NCBI GenBank assembly: GCA_963769025.1 | Contig: CAVYKI010000003.1 | Location: forward strand, 608,001 to 672,000 | From: an uncultured Verrucomicrobiae bacterium | GTDB taxonomy: Bacteria > Verrucomicrobiota > Verrucomicrobiia > Chthoniobacterales > Chthoniobacteraceae | Reading direction: 5' to 3' | DNA length: 64,000 bases | Shown here: positions 33,486-43,140 of the stretch, piece after piece | How the letters are laid out: the number at the start of each line of letters is the position of its first letter | Position numbering within the stretch: the first letter of the stretch is position 1 | Position numbers and translations under genes: made by a program | Notes under the pieces: generated by a model | Database searches by the model: none | What the model saw: only the letters and a program-made list of their open reading frames with translations | What the model was told of the DNA's origin: nothing

Positions 33486-34461
33486 ATGAAAACATTCCTC
33501 CTCGCAATCCTCGCATGCGCGCTCGGCTTTCTGACAGCTTGTGACAAACCGGCTGACATGGGCGCTCCAGGTGACTCGAAGTCCGCGACGAAAGGCACGA
33601 TCGGCGTTTCGCTGCTCACGCTGGACAATCCGTTTTTCAAGGTCATCGGCGACAACATCGACGGCCGAGGGAAAGAAGCGCGGCTACGACGTGATCGTGG
33701 TGAGCGGCGACAAGGACGTCGCGAAGCAGAGCAACCAGATCAAGGATTTCATCGTGAAGAAGGTGAGCGCGATCGTGCTCAGCCCGTGCGATTCGAAGTC
33801 CATCGTGCCGGTGATCCAGGAGGCGAACGCGGCGGGCATCCCGGTCTTCACCGTGGACATCCCGTGCAACGAACCGGGCGTGAAAATCGTGACGCAGGTC
33901 GCGACGGACAACTACGGCGGCGGCAAGGAAGCGGCCGCGGCGATGATCGAGGCGCTGGGCGAGGCGGGCGGAAAGGTTGCCGTGCTGCATTTCAAACAGG
34001 CCGAGTCGTGCCAGCTCCGCGTGAAGGGATTCCGCGAGGTCATCGACGCGCACAACGCCAGCGGGAAGGCGAAGATCGACATCGTGACCGAACTGGAGAG
34101 CGGCGGCGCGAAGGACGTAGGCTACAAGGCGGCTGAGGACGCGCTCCAGGCGCAGCCGGACTTGCGCGGCATCTTTGCCATCAACGATCCCGCGGCGCTC
34201 GGTGCGCGTGCGGCGCTGGAAAAGGCGGGCAAGGCGCAGCAGGTCGTGATCGTCGGGTTCGACGGCCAGCCCGAGGGCAAGCAGGCGATCAAGGACGGGA
34301 AGATCTACGCCGACCCGATTCAGTTTCCCGACAGGATGGGCGTGCAGATCGTGGATGCGATCATCCGCCACTCGAAGGGCGAGGAACTGCCGCCGCAGAT
34401 GCTCATTCCGACGAAGCTGTATCGCCAGGCGGACGCGAGGAAGGATCCGGAACTCAAGTAG
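33486..34461 (+). CDS. Sugar ABC substrate-binding lipoprotein, RbsB-like (frameshift near 33660)
   Basis: Lipobox LTAC; LDNPFF, GIPVFTVD, TDNYGGG, IFAIND, VGFDG. Confidence 0.9.
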
Positions 34462-34468
34462 CACGGTC

Positions 34469-35324
34469 ATGGCGCAACCGGACAATTTCCTCCACGAACT
34501 CACCGGCTCGATGTCGCAGGGCGCGGCGGGCAATCCGACCGTGGCGATGATCGAGGCGGCGTTTGCGCACCACGGGCTGCACTGGCGTTACATTAACATG
34601 GAGGTGACGCCGGAAGACCTCGGCGCAGCTGTGCGTGGCGCGAAGGCGATGGGCTTTCGCGGGTTCAATTGCAGCCTGCCGCACAAGGTCACGGTGATCC
34701 CGCACCTCGACGGGCTCGGCGAATCCGCGGCGGTGATGGGCGCGGTGAATTGCGTGGTGCGCCGCGGCGAAAAATTCATCGGCGAGAATACCGACGGGAA
34801 GGGTTTCCTGAAATCGCTGGAGGCGGCGATCGATCCGAAAGGGAAGTCGGTCGTGCTCTTCGGCGCGGGCGGCGCGGCGCGCGCGATCGCGGTGGAACTC
34901 GGCCTCGCGGGCACCAAGACGGATCACCATCGTGAACCGCTCCGAGACGCGCGGCGCGGAACTGGTCACACTTTTGCGTGACCGGCTGAAGCTCGACACC
35001 GAACTGGTCGTGTGGACCGGGGACTATGCGGTGCCGGCGGGAACGGACATCGTCATCAACGGCACGGCGATCGGCCTTTACGCGCCCGAGGCGCGGCTCG
35101 CGCTGGACCTGAATTCGCTCAAGCCCGGCATGGTCGTGGCGGACGTGGTCTTCAGCCCGGTCCGCACACGATTCCTCGACGACGCCGCAGCGCGCGGCTG
35201 CCGTGCGATCGACGGGCTGGGCATGCTCGTGAACCAGGGCATCGTAGGCATGCAATACTGGACGGGCATCACTCCCGACGCGGACGTGATGCGCCGCGCG
35301 CTCGAATCCGCAATGGGTGTATGA
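34469..35324 (+). CDS. aroE: Shikimate dehydrogenase family protein (frameshift near 34920)
   Basis: GFNCSLPHK, GAVNC, GENTDGKGF, GAGGAARA, DGLGMLVNQG. Confidence 0.85.
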
Positions 35325-36811
35325 GCGCCGCGGTGCCGCTCATCGAGATGCGCGGGATCGTCAAGTCGTTCCCCGGCGTGAAGGCGCTGCGCGGGGTGCA
35401 GCTGAGCCTCGGCGCCGGCGAGGTGCTCGCCTTGCTCGGTGAAAATGGCGCAGGCAAGAGCACGCTGATGAAGGTGCTCGGCGGCGCGTATCGCGCGGAT
35501 GCCGGCACGATCCGCATCGGCGGGCAGGAGGTGAATTTTCACTCGCCGCAGGATTCGCGTGCCGCGGGCGTGGCGGTGATCTACCAGGAGTTCAACCTCA
35601 TCCCCGGCCTCACGGCGTGTGAGAACATTTTCCTCGGCCAGGAGCTGACGCGCGCGGGGTTCGTCCAGCGCGGGCTCGAGCGGCAGCGGGCGGCGGAACT
35701 GTTTGCGAGGCTCGGCGTGAAGATCGATCTCGATACGCCGTGCCGCCAGCTCACGACCGCGCAACAGCAGCTCGTGGAAATCGCGAAGGCGCTCGCGTTT
35801 GATGCGCGCATCATCGTGATGGACGAGCCGAGCGCGGCGCTGACCAGCAATGAAGTCGAGCGGCTCTTCGCCATCATCCGCGACCTCAAAAAGCACGGCA
35901 TCGGCGTCATCTACATCAGCCACCGGCTGGACGAGATTTTCGCCATCGCCGATCGCGTGACGTTCCTGCGCGACGGCGAAAATGTCGGCGAGCGCGCCAT
36001 CGGGCAGCTCACACGCGGGCAGATGATCGAGCTGATGGTCGGGCGCGAGCTGAAGGACGAGTTCCCGCGGCGCGAAGTCGCCATCGGCCCGCCACGGTTG
36101 GAGGTCCGCGGGCTGTGCCGCGGGCGCGCGGTCCGCGATGTGTCGTTTCACGTGCGCCGGGGCGAGATCCTCGCGCTCACGGGGCTCGTCGGGGCGGGGC
36201 GCACGGAAACGGTGCGGCTCATCTTCGGTGCCGACCGCCGCGATGCAGGGGAGATCCGGCTCGACGGCAATCCGCTCACGCTCCGCGATCCGCGCGAGGC
36301 CATCGCCGCGGGCATCGGCCTGCTCACGGAGGATCGCAAGCTGCAGGGTCTCGTCCTCGGACATTCCGTGCGCGAAAATTTCGGCCTGCCGAATCTCACG
36401 TGGCTTTCACGGAACGGGTTCGTCCAGCGTCGGCGCGAGCGGGAGGAATTCGGGCGCTACGTGGACCTCATCCGGATCAAGATCCCGAGCCAGGAGCAGC
36501 TCGTGCGTAACCTTTCCGGCGGCAACCAGCAGAAGGTCGTCCTGGCAAAGTGGCTCGCGCGCAATTGCTCCGTGCTCATCTTCGACGAGCCGACCCGCGG
36601 CATCGATGTCGGCGCGAAATACGAAATCTACCTGCTGATGAACGAGCTCGCCGCGCAAGGGAAGGCGATCGTGATGATCAGTTCCGAGATGCCGGAAGTC
36701 CTCGGCATGGCCGACCGCATCCTCGTGATGCACGACGGCCGCGTGACGGGCGAAATCTCCAGCGCACGGCAGGCGACGCAGGAGCAAATCATGCACCTCG
36801 CAGTCGCATAA
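35321..36811 (+). CDS. Sugar ABC ATPase, RbsA-like
   Basis: GENGAGKST, DEPSAAL, YISHRL, LSGGNQQKV, DEPTRGIDVGAK. Confidence 0.95.
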   Translation: MSAAVPLIEMRGIVKSFPGVKALRGVQLSLGAGEVLALLGENGAGKSTLMKVLGGAYRADAGTIRIGGQEVNFHSPQDSRAAGVAVIYQEFNLIPGLTACENIFLGQELTRAGFVQRGLERQRAAELFARLGVKIDLDTPCRQLTTAQQQLVEIAKALAFDARIIVMDEPSAALTSNEVERLFAIIRDLKKHGIGVIYISHRLDEIFAIADRVTFLRDGENVGERAIGQLTRGQMIELMVGRELKDEFPRREVAIGPPRLEVRGLCRGRAVRDVSFHVRRGEILALTGLVGAGRTETVRLIFGADRRDAGEIRLDGNPLTLRDPREAIAAGIGLLTEDRKLQGLVLGHSVRENFGLPNLTWLSRNGFVQRRREREEFGRYVDLIRIKIPSQEQLVRNLSGGNQQKVVLAKWLARNCSVLIFDEPTRGIDVGAKYEIYLLMNELAAQGKAIVMISSEMPEVLGMADRILVMHDGRVTGEISSARQATQEQIMHLAVA

Positions 36812-36815
36812 TCCG

Positions 36816-38150
36816 ATGATGCGCAAACTCGCCCATTTCTTCTCGGAGTACGGAATGCTGTTCGTGCTCGTGCTGTTGTGCGCATTTTTCAGCGTTGCGA
36901 CCTACAGCGACCAGTCGCCGACCGGCGACGTCGCCGCCAAACAGCTCGCCGCGTCCATCCATCAGCGATTTGGAAACGCGTCGCGGGTCCTGATCGTCGC
37001 AGGCAGCCAGCCGGACGACGCTGCATTCGCGAAGAAGCTCCACGCTGAACTGCTCCCTACCGTTCACCTCGTCGTTTCCGTGCAGGGCGAACCGAAGGAC
37101 GCCCGCGACGCGCTGCAGAAGCTCGCCGCCGAGGGTGGGAAGCTCGACGTGATTGCCTGCACGCAGGCCGCGGCGGCATGGCTCGTCTTTGCGGATCTGA
37201 AAGGCGACTTCCCGACGCTCGGCGATCCGCAAGTCATCAGGCCGACGAGCTACAAGTGGCCCAATTTTCTGAAGTCCGAAAACCTGCTGAACATCGCGAA
37301 TCAGATCGCCGTGATCGCGATTGTCGCGATCGGCATGACGCTCGTGATCATCACCGCCGGGATCGATTTGTCCGTCGGCAGCCTCATCGCGCTCTCGGCC
37401 GTGCTTGGCGCGCTGTTCATCCGCGACTTCGCCGGCGCGGTGCATGCGTCCACGACGGGCATGGTGCTCGCGTGCGTGGCGGCGGTGATTTGCTGCGGGC
37501 TGGTCGGCGCGTTTTCCGGCGGAATGATCACGCTGTTCGGGATTCCGCCGTTCATCGTCACGCTCGCGATGATGCTCGTGGCCAGCGGCCTCGCCTATCT
37601 CCTCGCGCAGGGGCAATCCGTTTACCAGGTGCCCGAGTCATTCGTGTGGCTCGGGCGCGGCGCGGAGGTGTTCAGCATCCCGAACGCCGTGCTGCTCATG
37701 CTCGTCCTTTACGCCATCGCGCACGTGCTCATGTCGCGCATGAAGCTTGGGCGCTACATCTATGCCGTCGGCGGCAACCGCGAGGCCGCGCGCCTTTCCG
37801 GCGTGCCGGTGCGGCGCGTGCTCATGTTTGCATATGTCGCGAGCGGAGTGCTCGCCGGTCTCGGCGGCGTGATCATGGCTTCGCAGCTCAAGAGCGGCTC
37901 ACCGACGTACGGGAACATGTATGAGCTGTATGTGATCGCGGCGGTCGTGGTCGGCGGCACGAGCCTGAGCGGCGGCGAGGGCAGGATGCTCGGCACGCTC
38001 ATCGGCGCATTCACCATCGCCGTGATCCAGAACGGGATGAACCTTACCAACGTCGAGAGCTACACGCAGAAGGTCGTCCTCGGCCTCGTCATCCTCGCCG
38101 CCGTCCTGCTCGACACGCTGCGCCACCGCGGTTGGCGGCGGGCGGAATAG
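36816..38150 (+). CDS. Sugar ABC permease, RbsC-like, with an extra soluble domain
   Basis: GIDLSVGS, IPPFIVTL, GRYIYAVGGNREAARLSG, YELYVIAAVVVGGTSL. Confidence 0.92.
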   Translation: MMRKLAHFFSEYGMLFVLVLLCAFFSVATYSDQSPTGDVAAKQLAASIHQRFGNASRVLIVAGSQPDDAAFAKKLHAELLPTVHLVVSVQGEPKDARDALQKLAAEGGKLDVIACTQAAAAWLVFADLKGDFPTLGDPQVIRPTSYKWPNFLKSENLLNIANQIAVIAIVAIGMTLVIITAGIDLSVGSLIALSAVLGALFIRDFAGAVHASTTGMVLACVAAVICCGLVGAFSGGMITLFGIPPFIVTLAMMLVASGLAYLLAQGQSVYQVPESFVWLGRGAEVFSIPNAVLLMLVLYAIAHVLMSRMKLGRYIYAVGGNREAARLSGVPVRRVLMFAYVASGVLAGLGGVIMASQLKSGSPTYGNMYELYVIAAVVVGGTSLSGGEGRMLGTLIGAFTIAVIQNGMNLTNVESYTQKVVLGLVILAAVLLDTLRHRGWRRAE

Positions 38151-38194
38151 CGCCACGACGCTGCGCACCGTGGCGGGCGCGGGAAAAGCGCGTC

Positions 38195-39196
38195 TCAGGC
38201 CCGGCCCGGTTGCGTCACTCCGTTCACGACATTTTCCAGCGGCTCGCCGCGCACGGCCGCGAGTGCGATGCGGGCGGAGGTCGCGCGCATTTCGAGTTTC
38301 GATTCCACGCTGCAGAACGCGGCGTGGCAGGTGACGATGAGATTCGGCGCGGCGGCTTCCTCCGTGGTCTTCAGCGGCTCATCCTCGACCACGTCCAGGC
38401 CGGCTCCGGCGATCCGTCCCTCGCGCAGCGCGGCGAGGATGGCGGTCTTTTTGATCACCGCCCCGCGCGCCGTGTTCACCACGAATGCGCCCGGCTTCAT
38501 CAGCGCCAGTTCGCGCTCCGCGATCAGGTGGCGCGTCTCGTCCGTCAGCGGGCAATGGAGCGACAGCACGTCGGACGTCGCGAGCAGTGTGTCGAGCGTC
38601 CGCACGCGCGTGAGGCCCACGGCCTTGTCCGCGCCATTCGGGAGATACGGATCGTGGAAGACGACCTTGAATCCCAGCGCCTTTGCGCGCAGCGCCGCCG
38701 CGGTGCCGATGCGACCGAGCCCGACGACGCCGAACGTCAGCTCGCGCAGCCGCCGAAGCCTTGGCTCCACGCGGATGACCCAGCCGAGCTGCTTTGCCTC
38801 GCGGTCCAGCGGGAAAAGCTGGCGGCACAGCGCCATCGTCAGCGCGATGGCGTGGTCCGCGACCTCCTCGGTGCCGTAGTCCGGCACGTTGCACACCGCG
38901 ATGCCGCGCGCGCGCGCCGCGGCGATGTCCACGGAGTCAAAGCCCACGCCGTTCCGGATGAGCGCGCGGCAATTCCACAGCCGCGCGATGCCCGCCGAGG
39001 TGATAGGCGTGTTGTGCCACACGATCAGCGCATCCGCCCCGCAGATTTCGTCCGTGAAATCCGCATCGCTCCCGCACAGGTAGCGCCGGACTTCCGCGGC
39101 TTCGCCGATCACCGCCCGCTCCGCCGCGGATTCCGGATCGCCGAGCGGCGACTTGGCCCAGTCAATGATTCCGACGAGCGGCTTCTGCGAGGTCAT
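38195..39196 (-). CDS. D-2-hydroxyacid dehydrogenase (CtBP-like)
   Basis: GVGFDSVD, NVPDYGTEEVADH, GLGRIG, LHCPL, NTARG, LDVVEDEP, TCHAAF. Confidence 0.92.
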   Translation of the reverse strand: MTSQKPLVGIIDWAKSPLGDPESAAERAVIGEAAEVRRYLCGSDADFTDEICGADALIVWHNTPITSAGIARLWNCRALIRNGVGFDSVDIAAARARGIAVCNVPDYGTEEVADHAIALTMALCRQLFPLDREAKQLGWVIRVEPRLRRLRELTFGVVGLGRIGTAAALRAKALGFKVVFHDPYLPNGADKAVGLTRVRTLDTLLATSDVLSLHCPLTDETRHLIAERELALMKPGAFVVNTARGAVIKKTAILAALREGRIAGAGLDVVEDEPLKTTEEAAAPNLIVTCHAAFCSVESKLEMRATSARIALAAVRGEPLENVVNGVTQPGRA

Positions 39197-39239
39197 GGGT
39201 TTTGGGAATGGGGCTGCGAGGGCAGGCAGGGGCATCGGG

Positions 39240-39800
39240 CGACCCTCGTACCCGTCGTGAGACGATAGAAAAAGAATTCTTTCGCCCCGCTCGTGAAGTC
39301 GATGCCGTCCGCGCCGGGCTTGGGATTTTCCGGCATCGGGTCCTTGCAGGGGAATTCGTAGCGATAGCCGTCGAGCGCGGCGGCGACCTTTTTCAAATCC
39401 TCGGCCCACGCACCGGGGCGGCGAGCAAGGCGGCGGCGAAGGTGAGGCGAATGACGGGGAGGCGGAGTCGGCTCTCGGCAGGGGAAGGTTCAGTGCGGCG
39501 ATCCGAATTTCAACTTCCCGCTGGCTTCTCCGCGGCACCACTCAGCGGGCTTGCGGGGATCTCCACGTGTTCCGGTAACGTCGTAGTTGCCCTCCTCGAC
39601 ATCCGCCGCAAACACCGCCGGCTTGCGTCGCGTCGCGGCCGGGCTTTTCAGGAACCCAAAGCCGCGTCTCGCATCGTATGCCGTCTGCGGTGCGACGCGC
39701 GTGTAGCCCGGCTGCGCCTTGCCCGGGCTGAAATCAAGCTTCCATTCGGCGGCTTCCACCGCCGCGCAGGTGATGAGGAATGCACCGGTGATGACCAAGC
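39240..39800 (-). pseudogene. Mosaic of gene fragments, including a rhamnogalacturonan-acetylesterase-like N-terminus
   Basis: AAEWKLDFSPG...GYTRV...YDARRGFGF...FAADVEEGNYDVT, then an abrupt loss of similarity. Confidence 0.45.
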
Positions 39801-39882
39801 CGCGTTGCAGCCGCCGTCCGGAGGTGAGGAAGGGTCGGGATGTCACTCGTGTTCGCAGCAATTGTTTTTTGCCTGCCGTCGC

Positions 39883-40504
39883 CTACAGCTCCGCGATCTT
39901 CACGTTCCGATACTCGCACTTCATCTCGACGCCGCCGTGGATCTGCAGTCCGAGCGGGGCCGCGCCGGAAAATTTCGCATCGGTGTACTCCGGATGCCTT
40001 CTTTCCATTGATCCAGCACGTGAAAGTGTCGCCCTTGGCCTGGATTCGGAAAGTGTTCCACTCGCCCTCGGGTTTCATGAGCGTCTTCGCTTCCTTGGCC
40101 TGGCCGGCCTCGGGATATCTGGCTTTGCCGCCCGTGTAGAAGGATCCCGACATGTCCACCCGCAGGCTGCCCGAAACGCCGAGCTGGAGCTGAATCTTCG
40201 GATTCCGCATCTCGAGGCCGGTATCCACCCCGCGGTCGGTCGTGGCCTTCCAGCGCACGTCGAACTCGATGACGAAGTCCTTGTACTCTTTCTCGGTCCA
40301 GAGGTAGTTGCCCTTCTTCGCCGCGTCGTTCTCGCCGATGAGGACGCCATCCTCGACGCGCCAGAATGCCTTCGAGTCCGCGGCCTTGAAGCCGGCGAGA
40401 TCCTTGCCATTGAAAAGCGGTGCGAGCTTCGGCTCGTCAGCAGGACTGGCGACTGTGGCTGCGAGGGAAACGATCAGGGCGAGAGAGAGGGGGCGAAGGT
40501 TCAT
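39883..40504 (-). CDS. DUF1080 (3-keto-disaccharide hydrolase-like) secreted protein (frameshift near 40000)
   Basis: PLFNGKDLAG, WRVEDGVLIG, YKDFVIEFD, GEWNTFRI, WING. Confidence 0.85.
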
Positions 40505-40617
40505 GCGAAGTACACTTCCGCTTCCCACAGCTCGGGAGAAGCTCATTTTCACCCAATATCAAATCGCCGCGAAGAGCGGCGTTTCGCCGGCAGCGCACTG
40601 CGTCGGCTTCACGGATC

Positions 40618-42096
40618 TCAGGTGCCGCAAAAGGTGCGGCAGGCCGGAGTGCCTGGAGGCGGCGGGTTCAGCAGTTCGGCGGGCTGGCCGGTTTCGTCGT
40701 AGGGTTTGGACAGCGCGGCATGGAGGCGTTCCAGCGGTGCGAGGTCGTTCGTGTTGGCGGCGGCGAGGGCGGCTTCCACTTCGTGATTGCGGGGAATCAC
40801 CGCGGGGTTGTGCGCGTTCATGAGCGCGAGCACTTCGTTCCAAGGCTGTGGCTGACGGGCGAGGCGCGCGGCCCAGCTTTGCTGCCATGCGGCGAACGCG
40901 GCGTCCGCAGGAAGATCGGGCGCGGCGGTGGCGGGCGGGCGCAGATTGCGGAAGGTGTGGGTGTAGTCGGCGCGGGCTTCGTGCATCGCGCGCAGGAGTT
41001 CCTCGGCGAGGGCACCGTCGTCCGCTTCCTCGGTGAAAAGGCCGAGCTTTCCGCGCATCGCAGCGAGCCAGTGGCGGCGATAGCGGCCCTCGAAGGACTC
41101 GAGCGCCTCGTTCGCGCGGGCCACGGCGGTTTCCGGATCGGGATGCAGGATCGGCAGCAGCGCCTCGGCGAGGCGGGCGAGATTCCACGCGGCGATTTGC
41201 GGCTGCTGCGCGAAGGCGTACCGGCCGTAGCGATCGATGGAGCTGAACACGGTCGCCGGGTCGTAGGCATCGACGAACGCGCAGGGGCCGTAGTCGATCG
41301 TCTCGCCGGAGAGCGCCATGTTGTCGGTGTTCATCACGCCGTGCACGAAGCCGACGCGCATCCATTGCGCGATGAGCGAGGCCTGGCTTTCGAGCGCTGC
41401 GTCGAGGAGCGCGAGTGCCGGGTGTTCGGAATCCGCGCGGTCGGGAAAGTGGCGTCGGAGCGTGTGGTCGGCGAGCACGCGCAGGGACTCGATGTCGCCG
41501 AGCGCGGCGAAGAATTCGAACGTGCCGACGCGGATGTGGCTGGCGGCGACGCGGGTGAGGATCGCGCCGGGGAGCGTCTGCTCGCGGAAGACCGGTTCGC
41601 CGGTGGCGGCCACGGCGAGGCTGCGCGTGGTCGGGATGCCGAGCGCGTGCATGGCCTCGCTGATGAGATATTCGCGCAGCATCGGGCCGAGGGCCGCCCG
41701 GCCGTCGCCGCGGCGCGAATAGGGCGTCGGGCCCGCGCCTTTCAACTGGATGTCGAAGCGATCACCCGAGGGCGTCACGTGTTCACCGAGCAGGATGGCG
41801 CGGCCGTCGCCGAGGCGCGTGAGGTTCCCGTACTGGTGCCCGGCGTAGGCCTGCGCGATGGGTTCGGCTCCGGGGAAAATTTCATTCCCGGTGAAGGAGG
41901 CAGCCGCGTCCGGGCCGTCGAAGGCCGCGGGGTCGAGCCCGAGCGCTCGGGCGAGCGGACGGTTGAAAATGACGAGTCGCGGCGCGGCGACCGGCGTCGG
42001 GTTCACCCGCGTGTGGAATGCCTGCGGCAGGCGTGCGTAGGAATTGTCGAAGCGCCAGCCGGCGTCGGCGGAGACAGGTGCGGAGGTCGTGGACAT
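40618..42096 (-). CDS. selO: Protein adenylyltransferase SelO/YdiU
   Basis: YAGHQYG, LGDGRA, QLKGAGPTPYSRRGDGRA, GFVHGVMNTDN, IDYGP, C-terminal TFCGT. Confidence 0.96.
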   Translation of the reverse strand: MSTTSAPVSADAGWRFDNSYARLPQAFHTRVNPTPVAAPRLVIFNRPLARALGLDPAAFDGPDAAASFTGNEIFPGAEPIAQAYAGHQYGNLTRLGDGRAILLGEHVTPSGDRFDIQLKGAGPTPYSRRGDGRAALGPMLREYLISEAMHALGIPTTRSLAVAATGEPVFREQTLPGAILTRVAASHIRVGTFEFFAALGDIESLRVLADHTLRRHFPDRADSEHPALALLDAALESQASLIAQWMRVGFVHGVMNTDNMALSGETIDYGPCAFVDAYDPATVFSSIDRYGRYAFAQQPQIAAWNLARLAEALLPILHPDPETAVARANEALESFEGRYRRHWLAAMRGKLGLFTEEADDGALAEELLRAMHEARADYTHTFRNLRPPATAAPDLPADAAFAAWQQSWAARLARQPQPWNEVLALMNAHNPAVIPRNHEVEAALAAANTNDLAPLERLHAALSKPYDETGQPAELLNPPPPGTPACRTFCGT

Positions 42097-42287
42097 GGAA
42101 GCGAGCGGGCCAACCAATCATGGATTCGGCGGAAAGACAGCCGCGGCGTTCGGGGAAGCCATTTTCTGGGGGGGCGGAGAGAACGGCACCTTCATGCCTC
42201 CGCTGAGTCTGTCCCCAGAAACAAGAGCGCGCTCCTCCCGTGTGCGGGCCTTGCCTTCCGTCGCCGGAGACGGTGACATCGCCCGCC

Positions 42288-43055
42288 ATGCAACTGAACC
42301 TCGATGGACAGAAGGTCGCCGTCATCGGCGCGGGGCGCGGCATCGGCCGCGCGATTGCCGAGGGCTTCGTGGCGGAGCGGTGCGAGGTGTGGACGTTCGA
42401 CCGCGACCCGGATGCGGCGCCGTTCGGCCATGCGAACGTCACCGGCGACGTGACGCGCTACGAGGAGGTGCGCGCATTTGCCGAGCGCACCGGCGAGGTG
42501 GATCACGTCGTGTTTTCGGTCGGCGCCGGCTCGGGGAAATTCGGGTTCCCATTTTGGAACCTGGAACCCGCGGACTGGGCGCGCGTGCTGGAGATCAACC
42601 TCATCGGCGCGGTGAACACGGCGCATGCCTTCGCGCCGAAGCTCATTGCGCGCGGCAAGGGCTCGATGCTGTTTCTCGTCTCCGTCGCGGGCCAGATCGG
42701 TTCGCAGACCGACCCGCCGTACAGCGCGGCAAAGGCGGGCCTCATCAATTTCACGCAGTGCGCGGCGAAGGATCTCGCGCCGCACGGCATCCGCGTGAAT
42801 GCGCTCTCGCCGGGCATGGTGAAGACGGACCTGAACCAAGCCGTCTGGCAGGCCGGGCAGGCGAATCTCCCACCATCCGCGCGGCAGGATTACGCAGTCT
42901 GGGCCGAGGAAAAAATCCGCAAGGTGTCACCGCTCGGACGCTGGCAGACGCCGCCGGAATTCGCCGCGATGGCCGTTTTCCTCGCCTCCGATCACGCGAA
43001 AAACATCACCGGCCAGACCCTCAATATCGACGGCGGCCAGGTGATGCACGCCTAG
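42288..43055 (+). CDS. SDR family oxidoreductase
   Basis: GAGRGIG, YSAAK, IRVNALSPG, ITGQTLNIDGG. Confidence 0.93.
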   Translation: MQLNLDGQKVAVIGAGRGIGRAIAEGFVAERCEVWTFDRDPDAAPFGHANVTGDVTRYEEVRAFAERTGEVDHVVFSVGAGSGKFGFPFWNLEPADWARVLEINLIGAVNTAHAFAPKLIARGKGSMLFLVSVAGQIGSQTDPPYSAAKAGLINFTQCAAKDLAPHGIRVNALSPGMVKTDLNQAVWQAGQANLPPSARQDYAVWAEEKIRKVSPLGRWQTPPEFAAMAVFLASDHAKNITGQTLNIDGGQVMHA

Positions 43056-43140
43056 CGGATTGGACCGCTTTTTTGGGTTGCATGAACATGACTGGTTTTA
43101 GAGCCTTGGCGCCGCAGGAACTTAACCGGGAAACCAAACC

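Noticed and set aside
40618..40635. Selenocysteine read-through at the selO TGA
   Set aside because: The protein ends in the common Cys-type TFCGT, so TGA is an ordinary stop.
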